Made by a program: the position numbers and the translations under genes. The notes beneath the pieces were generated by a model, which saw nothing but the letters and a program-made list of their open reading frames with translations, ran no database searches and was not told the origin of the DNA. DNA of 29,475 nt from Pseudomonadota bacterium (GTDB taxonomy: Bacteria; UBA10199; 2-02-FULL-44-16; DYJF01), in assembly GCA_043823065.1 (NCBI GenBank), contig JBDRBB010000017.1:1-29475 (forward strand), in the 5' to 3' direction. Shown one piece after another: positions 9,728-19,601 of this stretch. The stretch's first letter is position 1. Each line of letters opens with the position of its first letter.

Positions 9728-10260
9728 GTAAGCCCTCCTGCAGGCTTACGCCTAGAGATGTTTGGATCAAAAATACGCAAAACATCTAATACCACACCAA
9801 TACAATATTCCACACACATCATGGCAAAACCAAAAGGAATGATTGCTTGCACCATCCAGGACTTAAGGCCCAAAAATAATTCCGTATCCATCATTTTTTC
9901 GCCTAACACAAAAGTTAGGGCAGCCTCGGCCAGAAAAAAACAAACTACTGCTGCAAAAGCATCCAACAAAACCCGCAAAGCATTGCGTGGTTTGCGCGGC
10001 ATAAGTTTGGCTACAGCATCTATGTTTAAATGTTGGCGGGCCCTGGTGGCTAACATGGCGCCCAAGAAAGCAATCCACAACACAGCATTTCGTCCTGCTA
10101 TCTCAGCCCAGGGAATGCCAGTATTAAAAAAATTGCGTAGAATGACTTGCAGAAAAGTTATTCCAACCGTACTAAGCAGGATCGTCACCAAAAGAACATC
10201 TACCACCCAGGCAAAGATGCGATCAATCCGTTGAAAGAAGTTAACTATTGTTCCTTGCAT
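9724..10260 (-). CDS. dctQ: TRAP transporter small permease DctQ
   Basis: Four TM helices; QVILRN, WAE...LWIAFLGA...HLNID; ATGA overlap with dctM. Confidence 0.92.
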   Translation of the reverse strand: MQGTIVNFFQRIDRIFAWVVDVLLVTILLSTVGITFLQVILRNFFNTGIPWAEIAGRNAVLWIAFLGAMLATRARQHLNIDAVAKLMPRKPRNALRVLLDAFAAVVCFFLAEAALTFVLGEKMMDTELFLGLKSWMVQAIIPFGFAMMCVEYCIGVVLDVLRIFDPNISRRKPAGGLT

Positions 10261-10291
10261 AATAAATTATCCCGCAATGGCAATATATGAC

Positions 10292-11290
10292 TCATTTATT
10301 TGCCCTATATTCCTCAACTGCGCCAGTTACTTGTTGCAACAATTCTTCTGAATATAATTCACTCACTAAAGCTTGCCAAACCTTTTTGCTGGTCTCATGA
10401 ATGCGCGTTTTTTCTTCTTCTGGAACATTCACAGTTTGAATACCCGCCCGAGTCAAAGTCTGATACGATTTTTCATTATCTTCTCTAGTGCGATCAACCA
10501 ACATTTTGGCATATTTGCGGGCAGTTTCTTGCAATACTTTTCTTTGCGATTCTGATAACGATTGAAAAGCCCTCTCAGTAATTAAAATACCGCCTGTAGA
10601 ATCAGCCAGCCTCAAATCAGTCATATATTTAGTTTTCGTAAACCATTGCAGGGCAATAGCGCCCAATGGTGGGGCATAAACTGCATCAATTAAATTTGTG
10701 GAAAGAGAAGTTAAAACATCAGGCAAGGCTAAAGGAATGGGGACAATTCCAAACTGGTCATACATCGCCTTAACCAAAGGATCTCCTTCCCACATCCACA
10801 TCTTCATCCCATCCATATTTTCCCGAGTGGAAATAGGACGATTAGAAAAAATATTTATAAACCCGGTTTCTGCCCAGCCCATAAGCTTAAATCCTTTAGC
10901 TTCAAATCCTTTTTCCAGTTGGGGCTGAACTTTTTTTGTTACATAATCAACTTCCTCATAGCTGTTGAACATAGTCGGCAATTCCAAAACCCGCACTGCT
11001 GGATTTACAATACCCAGGCCCAAACCTGTGAAGCCACCCATATGCACCTGGCCAATTTGCATTTTGCGAATTACATCTTTTTCATCACCAAGCACACCAC
11101 CTGCATAAATTTTTATCAACAATTCGCCATTTGTTTTCTTAGACAACTCCTCACTCCAGCTTCTCATCACCTTTTCCCAAGCTGAACCTTCTGGAGCCAA
11201 AATGGCTAGTTTTAGTTCTTTGGCTAAACCTTGAGAAACAAAACCCAAACATATAATTAACATTATTGAGAATTGCCATATTTTCCGCAT
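10292..11290 (-). CDS. dctP: TRAP substrate-binding protein DctP (TatP type)
   Basis: Signal peptide; LAPEGSAW, YAGGVLGDEKDVIRKM, KMWMWEGDP motifs of TPAT-type P subunits. Confidence 0.92.
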   Translation of the reverse strand: MRKIWQFSIMLIICLGFVSQGLAKELKLAILAPEGSAWEKVMRSWSEELSKKTNGELLIKIYAGGVLGDEKDVIRKMQIGQVHMGGFTGLGLGIVNPAVRVLELPTMFNSYEEVDYVTKKVQPQLEKGFEAKGFKLMGWAETGFINIFSNRPISTRENMDGMKMWMWEGDPLVKAMYDQFGIVPIPLALPDVLTSLSTNLIDAVYAPPLGAIALQWFTKTKYMTDLRLADSTGGILITERAFQSLSESQRKVLQETARKYAKMLVDRTREDNEKSYQTLTRAGIQTVNVPEEEKTRIHETSKKVWQALVSELYSEELLQQVTGAVEEYRANK

Positions 11291-11316
11291 TTACTACCCC
11301 CTCATTAGATACTAGG

Positions 11317-11411
11317 TGTCATTCCCGCGAAAGCGGGAATCCCCTGGTTTTAAAAGGACTAGATCCCTGCTTTCGCAGGGATGACAAACAAACACAGGGA
11401 TGACAAACAAA
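11317..11411. repeat. dRS3-like REP doublet (GTCATTCCCGCGAAAGCGGGAATC family) with 17-bp direct duplication
   Basis: TGTCATTCCCGCGAAAGCGGGAATC...GATCCCTGCTTTCGCAGGGATGACA; CAGGGATGACAAACAAA occurs at 11376 and 11395. Confidence 0.85.
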
Positions 11412-11436
11412 AACAGCACTTCAAAAGCAATCTTTT

Positions 11437-12354
11437 CTAAAAATAATTATCAGATCTTTCTAATAATAACTCCGCACGTCGTTTAGCCAACTCATTAGCC
11501 AAACGCATATCTTCTTGCTTCAACCCACTTAAATCGACATCTTGCACTTCTTCTAACAAACTTTCAAAAAGAGCTTTATCTTGAACTTGCACAGCATAAT
11601 ACTGTGCATATAGAACTTTGTGCATTAAATAATCCGGCGCAGCCTGGCTAGCAGCCTGAAATTCTTTTTGAGCCAGCTCAGGATTGCCACCTAACATCTT
11701 AGGCCTAGATCCAGCTATGGCCCCTAAATAACTATGTACTGATCCATAATAAAAACCAGGATCTAGTTCCAATACCCTTTCCATAATAGCTGTAGCCCTG
11801 GGTAAATCCACAAAAGTCATAGGATCATCCCGGTGCAGATTGATCCAATTGCCCCAACAAAATGCTGTCCAAAAAAGAGCTGGCACATCTTTCCTGCCAA
11901 ATTTCATAAGCTCTTTTTCAAATTCAGCCTGGGGCAATATTAAAATTTTTTCCTGCTTATCTCCATACCACAAGGCGTTCAAACCATATGCTTTGCCTTT
12001 TTTATAAAATAAATTCGCCCGGTCATAACTCTTCTGATAAGCAGGCCTATCTCCATGCTTGTATTGCAAGAGATCCTCTTCTAAAAAACCAAAGGCATAT
12101 TGACCATACGCCTTGGCCAAGAGGGTTAATAAGCGTTTATCTTTAGGGTTCCCTGCAGACAATACTTCTAAGGTTAAAATTAAGGAAGGAGTTGAATTGC
12201 GGGCCAGATCTACGTCTTGCTCTTTTTCCAGCACCACACTGCCATCTGTGGCTATCTTGCCAATGGTAGTTGTGGCCATTTTTTTCATGGAGCAACCAGC
12301 TGTAAAGCAGACCAAGATGAGGAATGTTGGAAAAATAAAGTATTTTTTTAACAT
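11437..12354 (-). CDS. tatT: TRAP-associated TatT lipoprotein (TPR-like)
   Basis: Lipobox FTAG|C; YGQYAFGF, DVPALFWTAFCWG, YYGS-H, RPKMLGGNPE.A...F, YA.YYAV...D..LF, N.LAK.RA..LL; first gene of the dctPQM operon. Confidence 0.88.
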   Translation of the reverse strand: MLKKYFIFPTFLILVCFTAGCSMKKMATTTIGKIATDGSVVLEKEQDVDLARNSTPSLILTLEVLSAGNPKDKRLLTLLAKAYGQYAFGFLEEDLLQYKHGDRPAYQKSYDRANLFYKKGKAYGLNALWYGDKQEKILILPQAEFEKELMKFGRKDVPALFWTAFCWGNWINLHRDDPMTFVDLPRATAIMERVLELDPGFYYGSVHSYLGAIAGSRPKMLGGNPELAQKEFQAASQAAPDYLMHKVLYAQYYAVQVQDKALFESLLEEVQDVDLSGLKQEDMRLANELAKRRAELLLERSDNYF

Positions 12355-12360
12355 ATTATT

Positions 12361-12487
12361 AAATTCTAACTTCTAATATCTAAATCCTAAACAATATCTA
12401 ATTTTCAAAATTCAAATGTTCAAAATTATGTTTGGAGCATTTGGATTTTGAATTTGTTTAGAAATTAGAGCTTAGTATTTAGGATTT
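12361..12487. repeat. Heptamer-periodic inverted repeat B
   Basis: AAATTCT AACTTCT AATATCT AAATCCT AAAC AATATCT... mirrored by ...GTTT AGAAATT AGAGCTT AGTATTT AGGATTT. Confidence 0.8.
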
Positions 12488-12564
12488 CATATTTTTCTCA
12501 TATCCAAACTAGGAGATTAATGCAAAATGTAATTTTGGAAGAAAAACAGAAGACTTAGCTAATG

Positions 12565-13386
12565 TCATGACGCAGTGTGACGTAAATCTTTAGGAGGCCC
12601 TACATAAAATTGGATGGCTTTTTCTAGTTCTTCCAGATCTACGTTGGTATCTTTGCAAGGGCCATGTGGTCGAATATTGGGTATGCCAATAACTGAAAAC
12701 TTGCTGCCAACATCGCGAATACCAGCAACTAAATCTCTTTCGCAAGCCACGCCAATTACAGCTGTTGGTCTAATTTCTTTAACTTTTTTACGCGCCAGTT
12801 CTCCGCCAGAAACTGTAAAAACCTCTATTGGATAAATCTGCTTAAAATCCATGATTTTTTTCAGCTCTTCCTTGGTTAAACAACGCGGCAATAAAATTAA
12901 TAGTTTTTCCGTGGCTCCTGGTTTTTTGGTAGCCCTGGAAACTGAATTAGAAACCTTTACAAAAGAATGGCCAATTTCATCTCTAGAAAAACCAAAATAT
13001 TTGGCCAAACTTACCGCACGCAAAAATAAGCGTTCAAAATTGCCATGCGGTCTGGAACGAAAAAAGAAATAATTTCTCTCCTGATAAGTGGTGAGTAAAA
13101 GTTCGGCAAACCAAACTGCAGTGATCAACATATATAAACCAGCCAGGATCCAGGCTACCCAAGACAAACCAGGGAAAAACATATCTAGACGAGGCGAAAT
13201 AAAATAAACCAAAAGAGCCAACAAAAGATCTGAAAGAAGAATTACACCCAAAGCAAAACCAATAAACAAATTCTTGCCCTGCTTAATAATCTGATCATTG
13301 CTGCCATTCCAATCCATCCACTCATCACCAAGATAGCGATCATCATTTTCCGGACTTTTGCTTTTTATGTTTTTAAAATGACTCAT
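12565..13386 (-). CDS. DUF116 family membrane protein
   Basis: Two N-terminal TM helices; LLPRCL, GG.LARK, IGVACERDL, N.RPHGPCKDT.VD motifs. Confidence 0.85.
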   Translation of the reverse strand: MSHFKNIKSKSPENDDRYLGDEWMDWNGSNDQIIKQGKNLFIGFALGVILLSDLLLALLVYFISPRLDMFFPGLSWVAWILAGLYMLITAVWFAELLLTTYQERNYFFFRSRPHGNFERLFLRAVSLAKYFGFSRDEIGHSFVKVSNSVSRATKKPGATEKLLILLPRCLTKEELKKIMDFKQIYPIEVFTVSGGELARKKVKEIRPTAVIGVACERDLVAGIRDVGSKFSVIGIPNIRPHGPCKDTNVDLEELEKAIQFYVGPPKDLRHTAS

Positions 13387-13403
13387 AAGATTTGTCTGGC
13401 GTA

Positions 13404-14585
13404 CTAAATATCAATTACTTTAACAGAATCAAGTGCTAAATTAACTAATTGTTCAATCTCCAATTTTTGCTCAACCTTATCTGCTTCAAACTTTGTGCTT
13501 CTAGTCACAGGATTGGGCGGCATTAAGAAACTACAACAATCATCATGGGGTAAAATTGCAGTTTCAAAAGTGCCAATCTTTTTAGCTTCATCCACTATTT
13601 CCTGCTTATCCATACCAACTAAAGGACGCAAAATTGGCAAATTTACCACTTCATTAATTGTAGCCAGGTTGGTTAAAGTCTGGGAAGCAACCTGAGAAAG
13701 GGCCTCTCCAGTGACCAAGGCCAGGGCTTGTTCCCTTAAAGCAATTTTTTCCGCAATTCGCACCATTAGCCGCCGGTAGATCACAATCCGCCAAGACGGA
13801 GGAACATTCAGCACAACTTTTTGCTGAATTTCACCAAAGGGCACTACCAAAAGCCTGGTTTGAGGCTGAGCTTGCATGAGTATCTTTACCATATCCAGCA
13901 CCTTGTCTTGAGAAGCATCAGAGGTATAAGGAGCAGAATGAAAATGCACATAAACCGGCAAGCAACCGCGCTTCATAATCCGCCAGGCTGCAACTGGAGA
14001 ATCTATTCCACCTGAAATCAAACAGGCAACCTTACCGCTAACGCCAACTGGCAGCCCGCCTCTTCCAAAATCATAATTACCAGCGACAAAAGCTTCTTTA
14101 TTCAAAATTTCTATATTTAAGGTAAATTCTGGCTGATCCAAATTAACCTTGGCCTGGGTTTTCTCCAAAATTAAACCACCTACCTGCTCATTAACTTGTT
14201 GAGATTTTAGGGGAAAATTTTTCTCGCCTCTTTTAGTGCGTACGGCAAAGGTGGCAAACTTTTTTTGATCAGCAATTTTTGCCGCAGCCAGCTTGATTTG
14301 CGAAAGGTCAGGCTGGCAATGAATAGCAGGAGCAATTTTTACCACTCCAAAGACCTTGCTCAACTTTTCCAAAACCTGTTTGCCAGAATGGGGGTTTTCA
14401 AATTCAAGATGCAAGCGGCCTGAAAGCCGTCGAACCGATCCAGGGCCTATCTTGGCAACTGCTAGCAAAATATTCTTGGTCAATTGGTCTTCAAACCAGC
14501 TGCGATTTCCTTTTTTTAAGGCAATCTCACCATAATGAATAATAAAGGTCTGATATTGAAAATTTTCCAAAGTTTTCTGAGTCAT
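13404..14585 (-). CDS. thiI: tRNA 4-thiouridine synthase ThiI (no rhodanese domain)
   Basis: HYGEIALKKGNR, THUMP domain, SGGIDSPVA PP-loop, GEALSQVASQTL.N, DDCC. Confidence 0.96.
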   Translation of the reverse strand: MTQKTLENFQYQTFIIHYGEIALKKGNRSWFEDQLTKNILLAVAKIGPGSVRRLSGRLHLEFENPHSGKQVLEKLSKVFGVVKIAPAIHCQPDLSQIKLAAAKIADQKKFATFAVRTKRGEKNFPLKSQQVNEQVGGLILEKTQAKVNLDQPEFTLNIEILNKEAFVAGNYDFGRGGLPVGVSGKVACLISGGIDSPVAAWRIMKRGCLPVYVHFHSAPYTSDASQDKVLDMVKILMQAQPQTRLLVVPFGEIQQKVVLNVPPSWRIVIYRRLMVRIAEKIALREQALALVTGEALSQVASQTLTNLATINEVVNLPILRPLVGMDKQEIVDEAKKIGTFETAILPHDDCCSFLMPPNPVTRSTKFEADKVEQKLEIEQLVNLALDSVKVIDI

Positions 14586-14709
14586 AATTACTTAATTCTT
14601 TTAATAAATTCGAGGTTTGGCTATAGCTAGGTTTTTCTCGGTTGACAAGCAAGTCTTTATGCTATTGAAAGATTTTACCAAAAATTATCTGCAAAAGATA
14701 AATTTTCGT

Positions 14710-14764
14710 TTGACACCACAACATATAGGGGTATAACGTATATATTATCCACAACATATTGGGG
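14710..14764 (+). promoter_or_regulatory. nrdJ sigma-70 promoter with two NrdR boxes
   Basis: TTGACA (14710-15), 16-bp spacer, TATAAC (14732-37). CCACAACATATAGGGG (14716-31) and CCACAACATATTGGGG (14749-64) resemble the NrdR box and lie 33 bp apart. Confidence 0.85.
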
Positions 14765-14836
14765 ATAAATTAATAAAAAAGTGGCTTATTTTGTTCTAAG
14801 TATATGTTATTACACATTTTTAATTATAGATGATCG

Positions 14837-14950
14837 ATGTGTTGATGACGCAGGGCAGGTTTTCGAACCGGACTGGCATTATTCAAGCTTCAAAAAACTC
14901 GGAATAGCCTGAAGGAGGTGAGAAAATCTGGCCGGGAGTCATCAACGCAT
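14837..14950 (+). other. Structured 5' leader of nrdJ (long multi-helix hairpin)
   Basis: Nested helices ATGTGTTGATGAC/GTCATCAACGCAT, CAGGTTTTC/GAAAATCTG and GGC(AT)TATTC/GAATAGCC, with G-U pairs. Confidence 0.6.
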
Positions 14951-14978
14951 AACGCGCCTAAACTAAAAAGGGGAGTTT

Positions 14979-17900
14979 ATGAGCACTAAAGAAGCCAAAC
15001 TTACTAAAACTCAAACCAAGAAAAAACCTGGCATTAAACAAGTGCAAAAAGGCTTAAGCTTTAGTCGCCACTTCACTAAAGAAAGCGTAGATCCCTACTC
15101 AGAACTCAAATATACTATTCGATCCTCTTTGATTACCAACCCAGATGGCTCAGTGGTGTTTCGCATGGATGATGCTGAAGTGCCTGAACCCTGGTCCCAA
15201 CTAGCCACAGATATTTTGGTTTCCAAATATTTTCGCAAACGCGGCGTGCCTGGCAAAGGCCATGAAAATTCCATTAAACAGGTGGTTTATCGCCTGGCCC
15301 ACACCATTCGTTGCCAAGGAGAAAAACAAGAAGGCTATTTTGCTTCAGCTAAAGATGCCCAGGTTTTTGAAGATGACCTTGCCCATCTTTTGCTTAATCA
15401 AAAAGTGGCTTTTAATTCTCCGGTTTGGTTTAATTGTGGTTTATATCATGAATATGGCATTGAAGGCAGTGGCGGCAACTGGTTTTGGAATGCTGAAACT
15501 GATCAAATTGAAAGAACCAAAAACTCCTATGAATATCCCCAATCCTCAGCCTGCTTTATTCAATCTATTAACGATGATTTAATGTCAATTTTTGAATTAG
15601 CCAAGAATGAAGCTAAACTTTTCAAATTTGGAAGTGGCACAGGCACCAACTTCAGCAACTTAAGAAGCAAATATGAAAAACTTTCTGGCGGCGGCACTTC
15701 TTCAGGCCTAATGTCTTTTCTGGAAGTTCTGGATCGCGGAGCTGGCGCCACTAAATCTGGCGGTACGACCAGGCGCGCAGCAAAAATGGTTTGTCTAGAT
15801 ATTGATCATCCAGAAATCGAAGATTTCATTAATTGGAAAGTAAAAGAAGAAAAAAAAGTAGCTGCCTTAATTGCTGCTGGCTATTCCCAAGATTTTAATG
15901 GCGAAGCTTATCACACTGTTTCTGGCCAAAACTCCAATAACTCTGTGCGCATTTCTGATGATTTTATGTACGCCTATCTTAATAACGAAGAATGGCAAAC
16001 CAAACTCAGAACCCACAATGAACCGTTTCAAACTTTTAAGGCGCGCGAGCTGATGCGCCAGATTTCGCAAGCCACCTGGCAATGCGCAGATCCTGGTCTG
16101 CAGTTTGATTCAATTATTAATAAGTGGCACACCTGCAAAACTTCTGGCCGCATTAATTCTTCCAATCCTTGCAGTGAATTCATGTTTATTGATGACAGCG
16201 CCTGCAATTTAGCTTCTCTAAACTTGATGAAATTTTATGATGAAGTAACCGGACAATTTGATGTTGAAGGTTTTCAAAATGCCTGCCGCTTGTTTATTAC
16301 AGCCCAAGATATCTTGGTGGATTTTTCTTCTTATCCAACTGAAAAAATCGGCAGAAACAGTCATCTGTTTCGTCCTTTAGGCCTGGGCTATGCCAACCTG
16401 GGCACTTTGCTTATGGTCATGAGCCTGCCCTATGACAGCGATGAAGCCAGGGCTGTAGCTGCAGCGCTTACCGCTATCATGACTGCCACTGCTTATCGCA
16501 CTTCAGCGGAAATTGCTCAAAACAAAGGCGCTTTTGCTGAATATGCTAAAAATCGTGAATCCATGCTAGATGTTATTCGCCTGCACCTTAATGCTGCTTA
16601 TGAAATTGATGAAGCTGGCTGCCCTTCCTATCTTCTGGAAGCAGCTAAACATGAATGGGATCTGGCTCTTGCTGATGGCGCGCGCCACGGCTATAGAAAT
16701 GCTCAAGTTACAGTGCTTGCTCCTACAGGCACCATTGGTCTTTTAATGGATTGCGATACCACAGGCATTGAACCAGATTATGCTTTGGTAAAATTTAAAA
16801 AATTAGCAGGCGGCGGCTATTTTAAGATTATCAATCAATCTATTCCCTTAACTCTCAAACGTTTGGGTTATAACAAAGAACAAATTAATGAAATCATCAG
16901 ATACGTGCAGGGGTCATCTTCTTTAAGAGGCAGCCCGCATATTAATGACCATAGTTTGCGCGACAAAGGTTTTACTGATGAAGACCTGGAAAAAATTAAG
17001 AATGCCTTGCCACGCGTTTTTGATTTATCTTTTGCCTTTAACGCCGGAACCTTGGGCACAGAAGCCATGGCCAGGTTTGGTTTTACAGAAGAGCAATACA
17101 GCAAACCTGATTTTAACTTGTTAAAAGAAATTGGTTTTTCTGAAGAGCAAATTGAAACTGCCAATATTTATATTTGCGGCAAAATGACTATTGAAGGCGC
17201 GCCCTATCTTAAACCTGAATATTTGCCAATTTTTGATTGCGCCAACAAGTGCGGCAAACACGGCAAACGCTATATCGCGCCCATGGCTCATGTTAAAATA
17301 ATGGCTGCAATTCAGCCCTTTATTTCTGGCGCAATTTCCAAAACTGTAAACCTGCCCCACAAAACAACTGTTGAAGACGTGGAACGTTTATATGTGGAAG
17401 CCTGGCGCTCTGGCTTAAAGGCTGTGGCGCTTTATCGCGATGGTTCCAAACTGGCTCAACCTCTGAATGTTATTAAAGATGAAGTGAAAAAAAAACAGGA
17501 TTTACGGTCCCCGCAGGAGACGAGCGATGCTCCCTCGACTTCGACGGAACGTCCTCATGTGGTGCTTAGAAGACGCCGCCTGCCCCGCAAACGCAAAGGG
17601 TTTACGGTGGAAGCGCGCGTTGGTGGCCATAAGGTTTACTTACGAACTGGCGAATATGAAGATGGCAGCTTAGGCGAATTATTTATTGATATGCACAAAG
17701 AAGGCGCAGCCTTGCGCAGCGTGATGAACTGTTTTGCTATTGCTGTTTCTTTTGGTTTGCAGCACGGCGTGCCTTTAGAAGAATATGTTGATGCCTTTAC
17801 CTTTACCAGATTTGAACCACAAGGCATGGTTGATCATCCTAATATTAAAATGGCTACTTCTGTAGTTGATTTTATCTTCCGCGTACTAGGCATGGAATAT

Positions 17901-18341
17901 CTAGGCCGCACTGATTTTGTGCAAGTAAAACCTACTAAAGACGAAGATGTAAAAACAGAAATTGAAAAAATCAGCGCTGAAGAACAAAAGAAACGTTTGC
18001 AAGCAGAAGTCAGGTTAGCTGAAAAATTACAAAAAGCTGGCCAACTAAAAATTGAACAAGATGTAGATGAAGATCCAATAGATGAAGACAATTTACCTGA
18101 AACACTACCCATACCTAAAACAGACCGGGCCGGCGCTCCAGCTGCTGGTTTGCAAGCTATATCAACTTCTTCAGGGGCTGTGGTTTCCATTAAAGAAGCC
18201 AAACGCAGCTCAGCAATTGATGCTCATTATTCTTCCATGATGGGCGATGCGCCATTTTGTGATCAGTGCGGACATGTTACAATTAGAAATGGTGCGTGTT
18301 ATAAATGCATGAATTGCGGAAATTCTATGGGGTGTTCGTAA
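14979..18341 (+). CDS. nrdJ: Adenosylcobalamin-dependent (class II) ribonucleotide reductase
   Basis: [55 protein letters not shown]-terminal TSCPD-like domain and Zn ribbon [13 protein letters not shown]. Confidence 0.97.
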   Translation: MSTKEAKLTKTQTKKKPGIKQVQKGLSFSRHFTKESVDPYSELKYTIRSSLITNPDGSVVFRMDDAEVPEPWSQLATDILVSKYFRKRGVPGKGHENSIKQVVYRLAHTIRCQGEKQEGYFASAKDAQVFEDDLAHLLLNQKVAFNSPVWFNCGLYHEYGIEGSGGNWFWNAETDQIERTKNSYEYPQSSACFIQSINDDLMSIFELAKNEAKLFKFGSGTGTNFSNLRSKYEKLSGGGTSSGLMSFLEVLDRGAGATKSGGTTRRAAKMVCLDIDHPEIEDFINWKVKEEKKVAALIAAGYSQDFNGEAYHTVSGQNSNNSVRISDDFMYAYLNNEEWQTKLRTHNEPFQTFKARELMRQISQATWQCADPGLQFDSIINKWHTCKTSGRINSSNPCSEFMFIDDSACNLASLNLMKFYDEVTGQFDVEGFQNACRLFITAQDILVDFSSYPTEKIGRNSHLFRPLGLGYANLGTLLMVMSLPYDSDEARAVAAALTAIMTATAYRTSAEIAQNKGAFAEYAKNRESMLDVIRLHLNAAYEIDEAGCPSYLLEAAKHEWDLALADGARHGYRNAQVTVLAPTGTIGLLMDCDTTGIEPDYALVKFKKLAGGGYFKIINQSIPLTLKRLGYNKEQINEIIRYVQGSSSLRGSPHINDHSLRDKGFTDEDLEKIKNALPRVFDLSFAFNAGTLGTEAMARFGFTEEQYSKPDFNLLKEIGFSEEQIETANIYICGKMTIEGAPYLKPEYLPIFDCANKCGKHGKRYIAPMAHVKIMAAIQPFISGAISKTVNLPHKTTVEDVERLYVEAWRSGLKAVALYRDGSKLAQPLNVIKDEVKKKQDLRSPQETSDAPSTSTERPHVVLRRRRLPRKRKGFTVEARVGGHKVYLRTGEYEDGSLGELFIDMHKEGAALRSVMNCFAIAVSFGLQHGVPLEEYVDAFTFTRFEPQGMVDHPNIKMATSVVDFIFRVLGMEYLGRTDFVQVKPTKDEDVKTEIEKISAEEQKKRLQAEVRLAEKLQKAGQLKIEQDVDEDPIDEDNLPETLPIPKTDRAGAPAAGLQAISTSSGAVVSIKEAKRSSAIDAHYSSMMGDAPFCDQCGHVTIRNGACYKCMNCGNSMGCS

Positions 18342-18345
18342 AGGT

Positions 18346-18366
18346 TGTCATTGCGAGGAGTGAAGC
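18346..18366 (+). repeat. Truncated copy of GTCATTGCGAG...GCAATC REP family
   Basis: TGTCATTGCGAGGAGTGAAGC stops abruptly; fuller copies at 22976-23009 and 28873-28919. Confidence 0.7.
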
Positions 18367-18410
18367 ACAGATTCAGCTAACTTTTTCTTTTCATTATATT
18401 CTTGTTTCAC
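18348..18410 (-). pseudogene. 20-codon remnant of the gene translationally coupled to HTH-MNT (probable HEPN partner)
   Basis: GTG start overlaps the MNT TGA (GTGA) and is preceded by AAGGTGG. Reads MKQEYNEKKKLAESV, then runs into the half-REP (LHSSQ*). Confidence 0.5.
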
Positions 18411-18970
18411 AAGGCCACCTTTTTTTGTAGAAAAATCCAGTCACCAATTTTACCAACCAAAAATTTCCAATTTTTAGAAACCTCTAGAAGAAAATCATCG
18501 TCAGCTCGATTAAAATTTACTAAATCAACAAAGAAGGGAAGATTTTCAACTAGCTCATCTTTTCGTCTAATCATTCTTCTATACAGTTCGTGATCAAGCC
18601 CCTGTTTTGAAAAAACCCCTATATCCCAGTCAGAATATTTGGCTGCGTTAGTCTTGGCCCTAGAACCAAACAATATAAAAGTTATTTCTGGAAACTCTTC
18701 AGCAAGTTGGTCAATTACAGGGGCAATCTCCTCTAAATCAACCTTCTTGAACTGTTTCTGTATCAAAACCTCAGCAGGATTTAAATCAAGCTCAGCTAAA
18801 ATCTTGTCTAGACAATCTGGGAATACACCATTACCGGAAAGATAATAATGAATGGTATTGCGATGCAAGCCAAGGGCCTTAGCCAATTCGCTTATGGAAG
18901 AATAACCCTTTTTCTTCATCCCTTCATAAAAAAGTGTTTTATCCAGAATATGCACAATAATATTGTGCAT
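18407..18970 (-). CDS. HTH + minimal nucleotidyltransferase (MntA-like antitoxin)
   Basis: N-terminal XRE-like HTH (SISELAKALGLHRNTIHYYLSG); LFGSRA...SDWDIGV...VDLV Pol-beta motif. True start may be GTG 18955. Confidence 0.85.
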   Translation of the reverse strand: MHNIIVHILDKTLFYEGMKKKGYSSISELAKALGLHRNTIHYYLSGNGVFPDCLDKILAELDLNPAEVLIQKQFKKVDLEEIAPVIDQLAEEFPEITFILFGSRAKTNAAKYSDWDIGVFSKQGLDHELYRRMIRRKDELVENLPFFVDLVNFNRADDDFLLEVSKNWKFLVGKIGDWIFLQKKVAL

Positions 18971-18991
18971 ATATATAATTTAATTAGTCAA
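18948..18991 (-). promoter_or_regulatory. Palindromic operator over the promoter/start of the HTH-MNT gene
   Basis: ATATGCACAATA-A-TATTGTGCATAT (18948-18972), a perfect 12-1-12 palindrome; TTGACT (18991-18986), 18 bp, CACAAT on the minus strand. Confidence 0.65.
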
Positions 18992-19051
18992 TAAATTATT
19001 ACAGAAATCACACTATGACCACCTGAACTCATGAGCCTGTCGCCAAAGGTT

Positions 19052-19111
19052 TGTCATCCCCGCGAAAGCGGGGATCTCGAACGCTGGATTCCCGCTTTCG
19101 CGGGAATGACA
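19052..19111. repeat. dRS3-like REP doublet
   Basis: TGTCATCCCCGCGAAAGCGGGGATC...GATTCCCGCTTTCGCGGGAATGACA immediately after the folA stop. Confidence 0.88.
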
Positions 19112-19115
19112 ACCC

Positions 19116-19601
19116 TTACTTTCTTTTATAGGTCAGAAATGAATATGGGCCGTATTTTTCGTGGGTTTGATTGACTTGGCCTACCAGTTCCCATTCAGCT
19201 GCCTTGATTTCTGGAAAATAAGTGTCGCCCTCAAAATCCCTGCCAATTTTGGTAATCTCTAAAGTATTGGCAAAAGACATGGCTTGCTTATAGATACTGG
19301 CTCCGCCAATAATAAAAACCTTTTCCTGATTTTGGCAGTGTTTGAGAGCTTGTTCAAAAGAATAAAAAACAGATGCGCCTTCTGGATGATAATCCTTATT
19401 AAAAGTTAAGACAATATTTTCGCGACCTGGCAAAGGTTTCTTGGGAAGGGATTCATAAGTAACATCACCCATAATACAAGGATGCCCCAGGGTTTTTTGC
19501 TTAAAATGTTTAAAGTCATCTTTTATATACCAAGGAATTTGGCCTTTATTACCAATCACATTATTTTTAGCTACTGCTACTATAATAATAATTTCTGGCA
19601 T
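19116..19601 (-). CDS. folA: Dihydrofolate reductase
   Basis: VIGNKGQIPW...DFKHFK..T, PLPGRENIVL, IIGGASIY, EGDTYFP. Confidence 0.96.
   Translation of the reverse strand: MPEIIIIVAVAKNNVIGNKGQIPWYIKDDFKHFKQKTLGHPCIMGDVTYESLPKKPLPGRENIVLTFNKDYHPEGASVFYSFEQALKHCQNQEKVFIIGGASIYKQAMSFANTLEITKIGRDFEGDTYFPEIKAAEWELVGQVNQTHEKYGPYSFLTYKRK

Noticed and set aside
9758..10234. Antisense/alternate-frame ORFs (e.g. 9758..10234+, 17834..18202-, 24660..25064+, 29230..29436-)
   Set aside because: They are shadows of well-supported genes, with no SD or recognisable motifs.
14770..14978. Cobalamin riboswitch upstream of nrdJ
   Set aside because: Expected from context, but the conserved B12-box and core motifs are not recognisable; kept only as an unnamed structure.
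17497..17560. Palindromic repeat inserted in-frame in the nrdJ linker
   Set aside because: Slightly GC-rich with short stems, but it matches none of the repeat families in the window; it can be an ordinary linker.
14979..18341. Intein or intron in the long NrdJ
   Set aside because: No intein splice motifs or endonuclease insert; the length is explained by a known internal insertion, the TSCPD-like domain and linkers.
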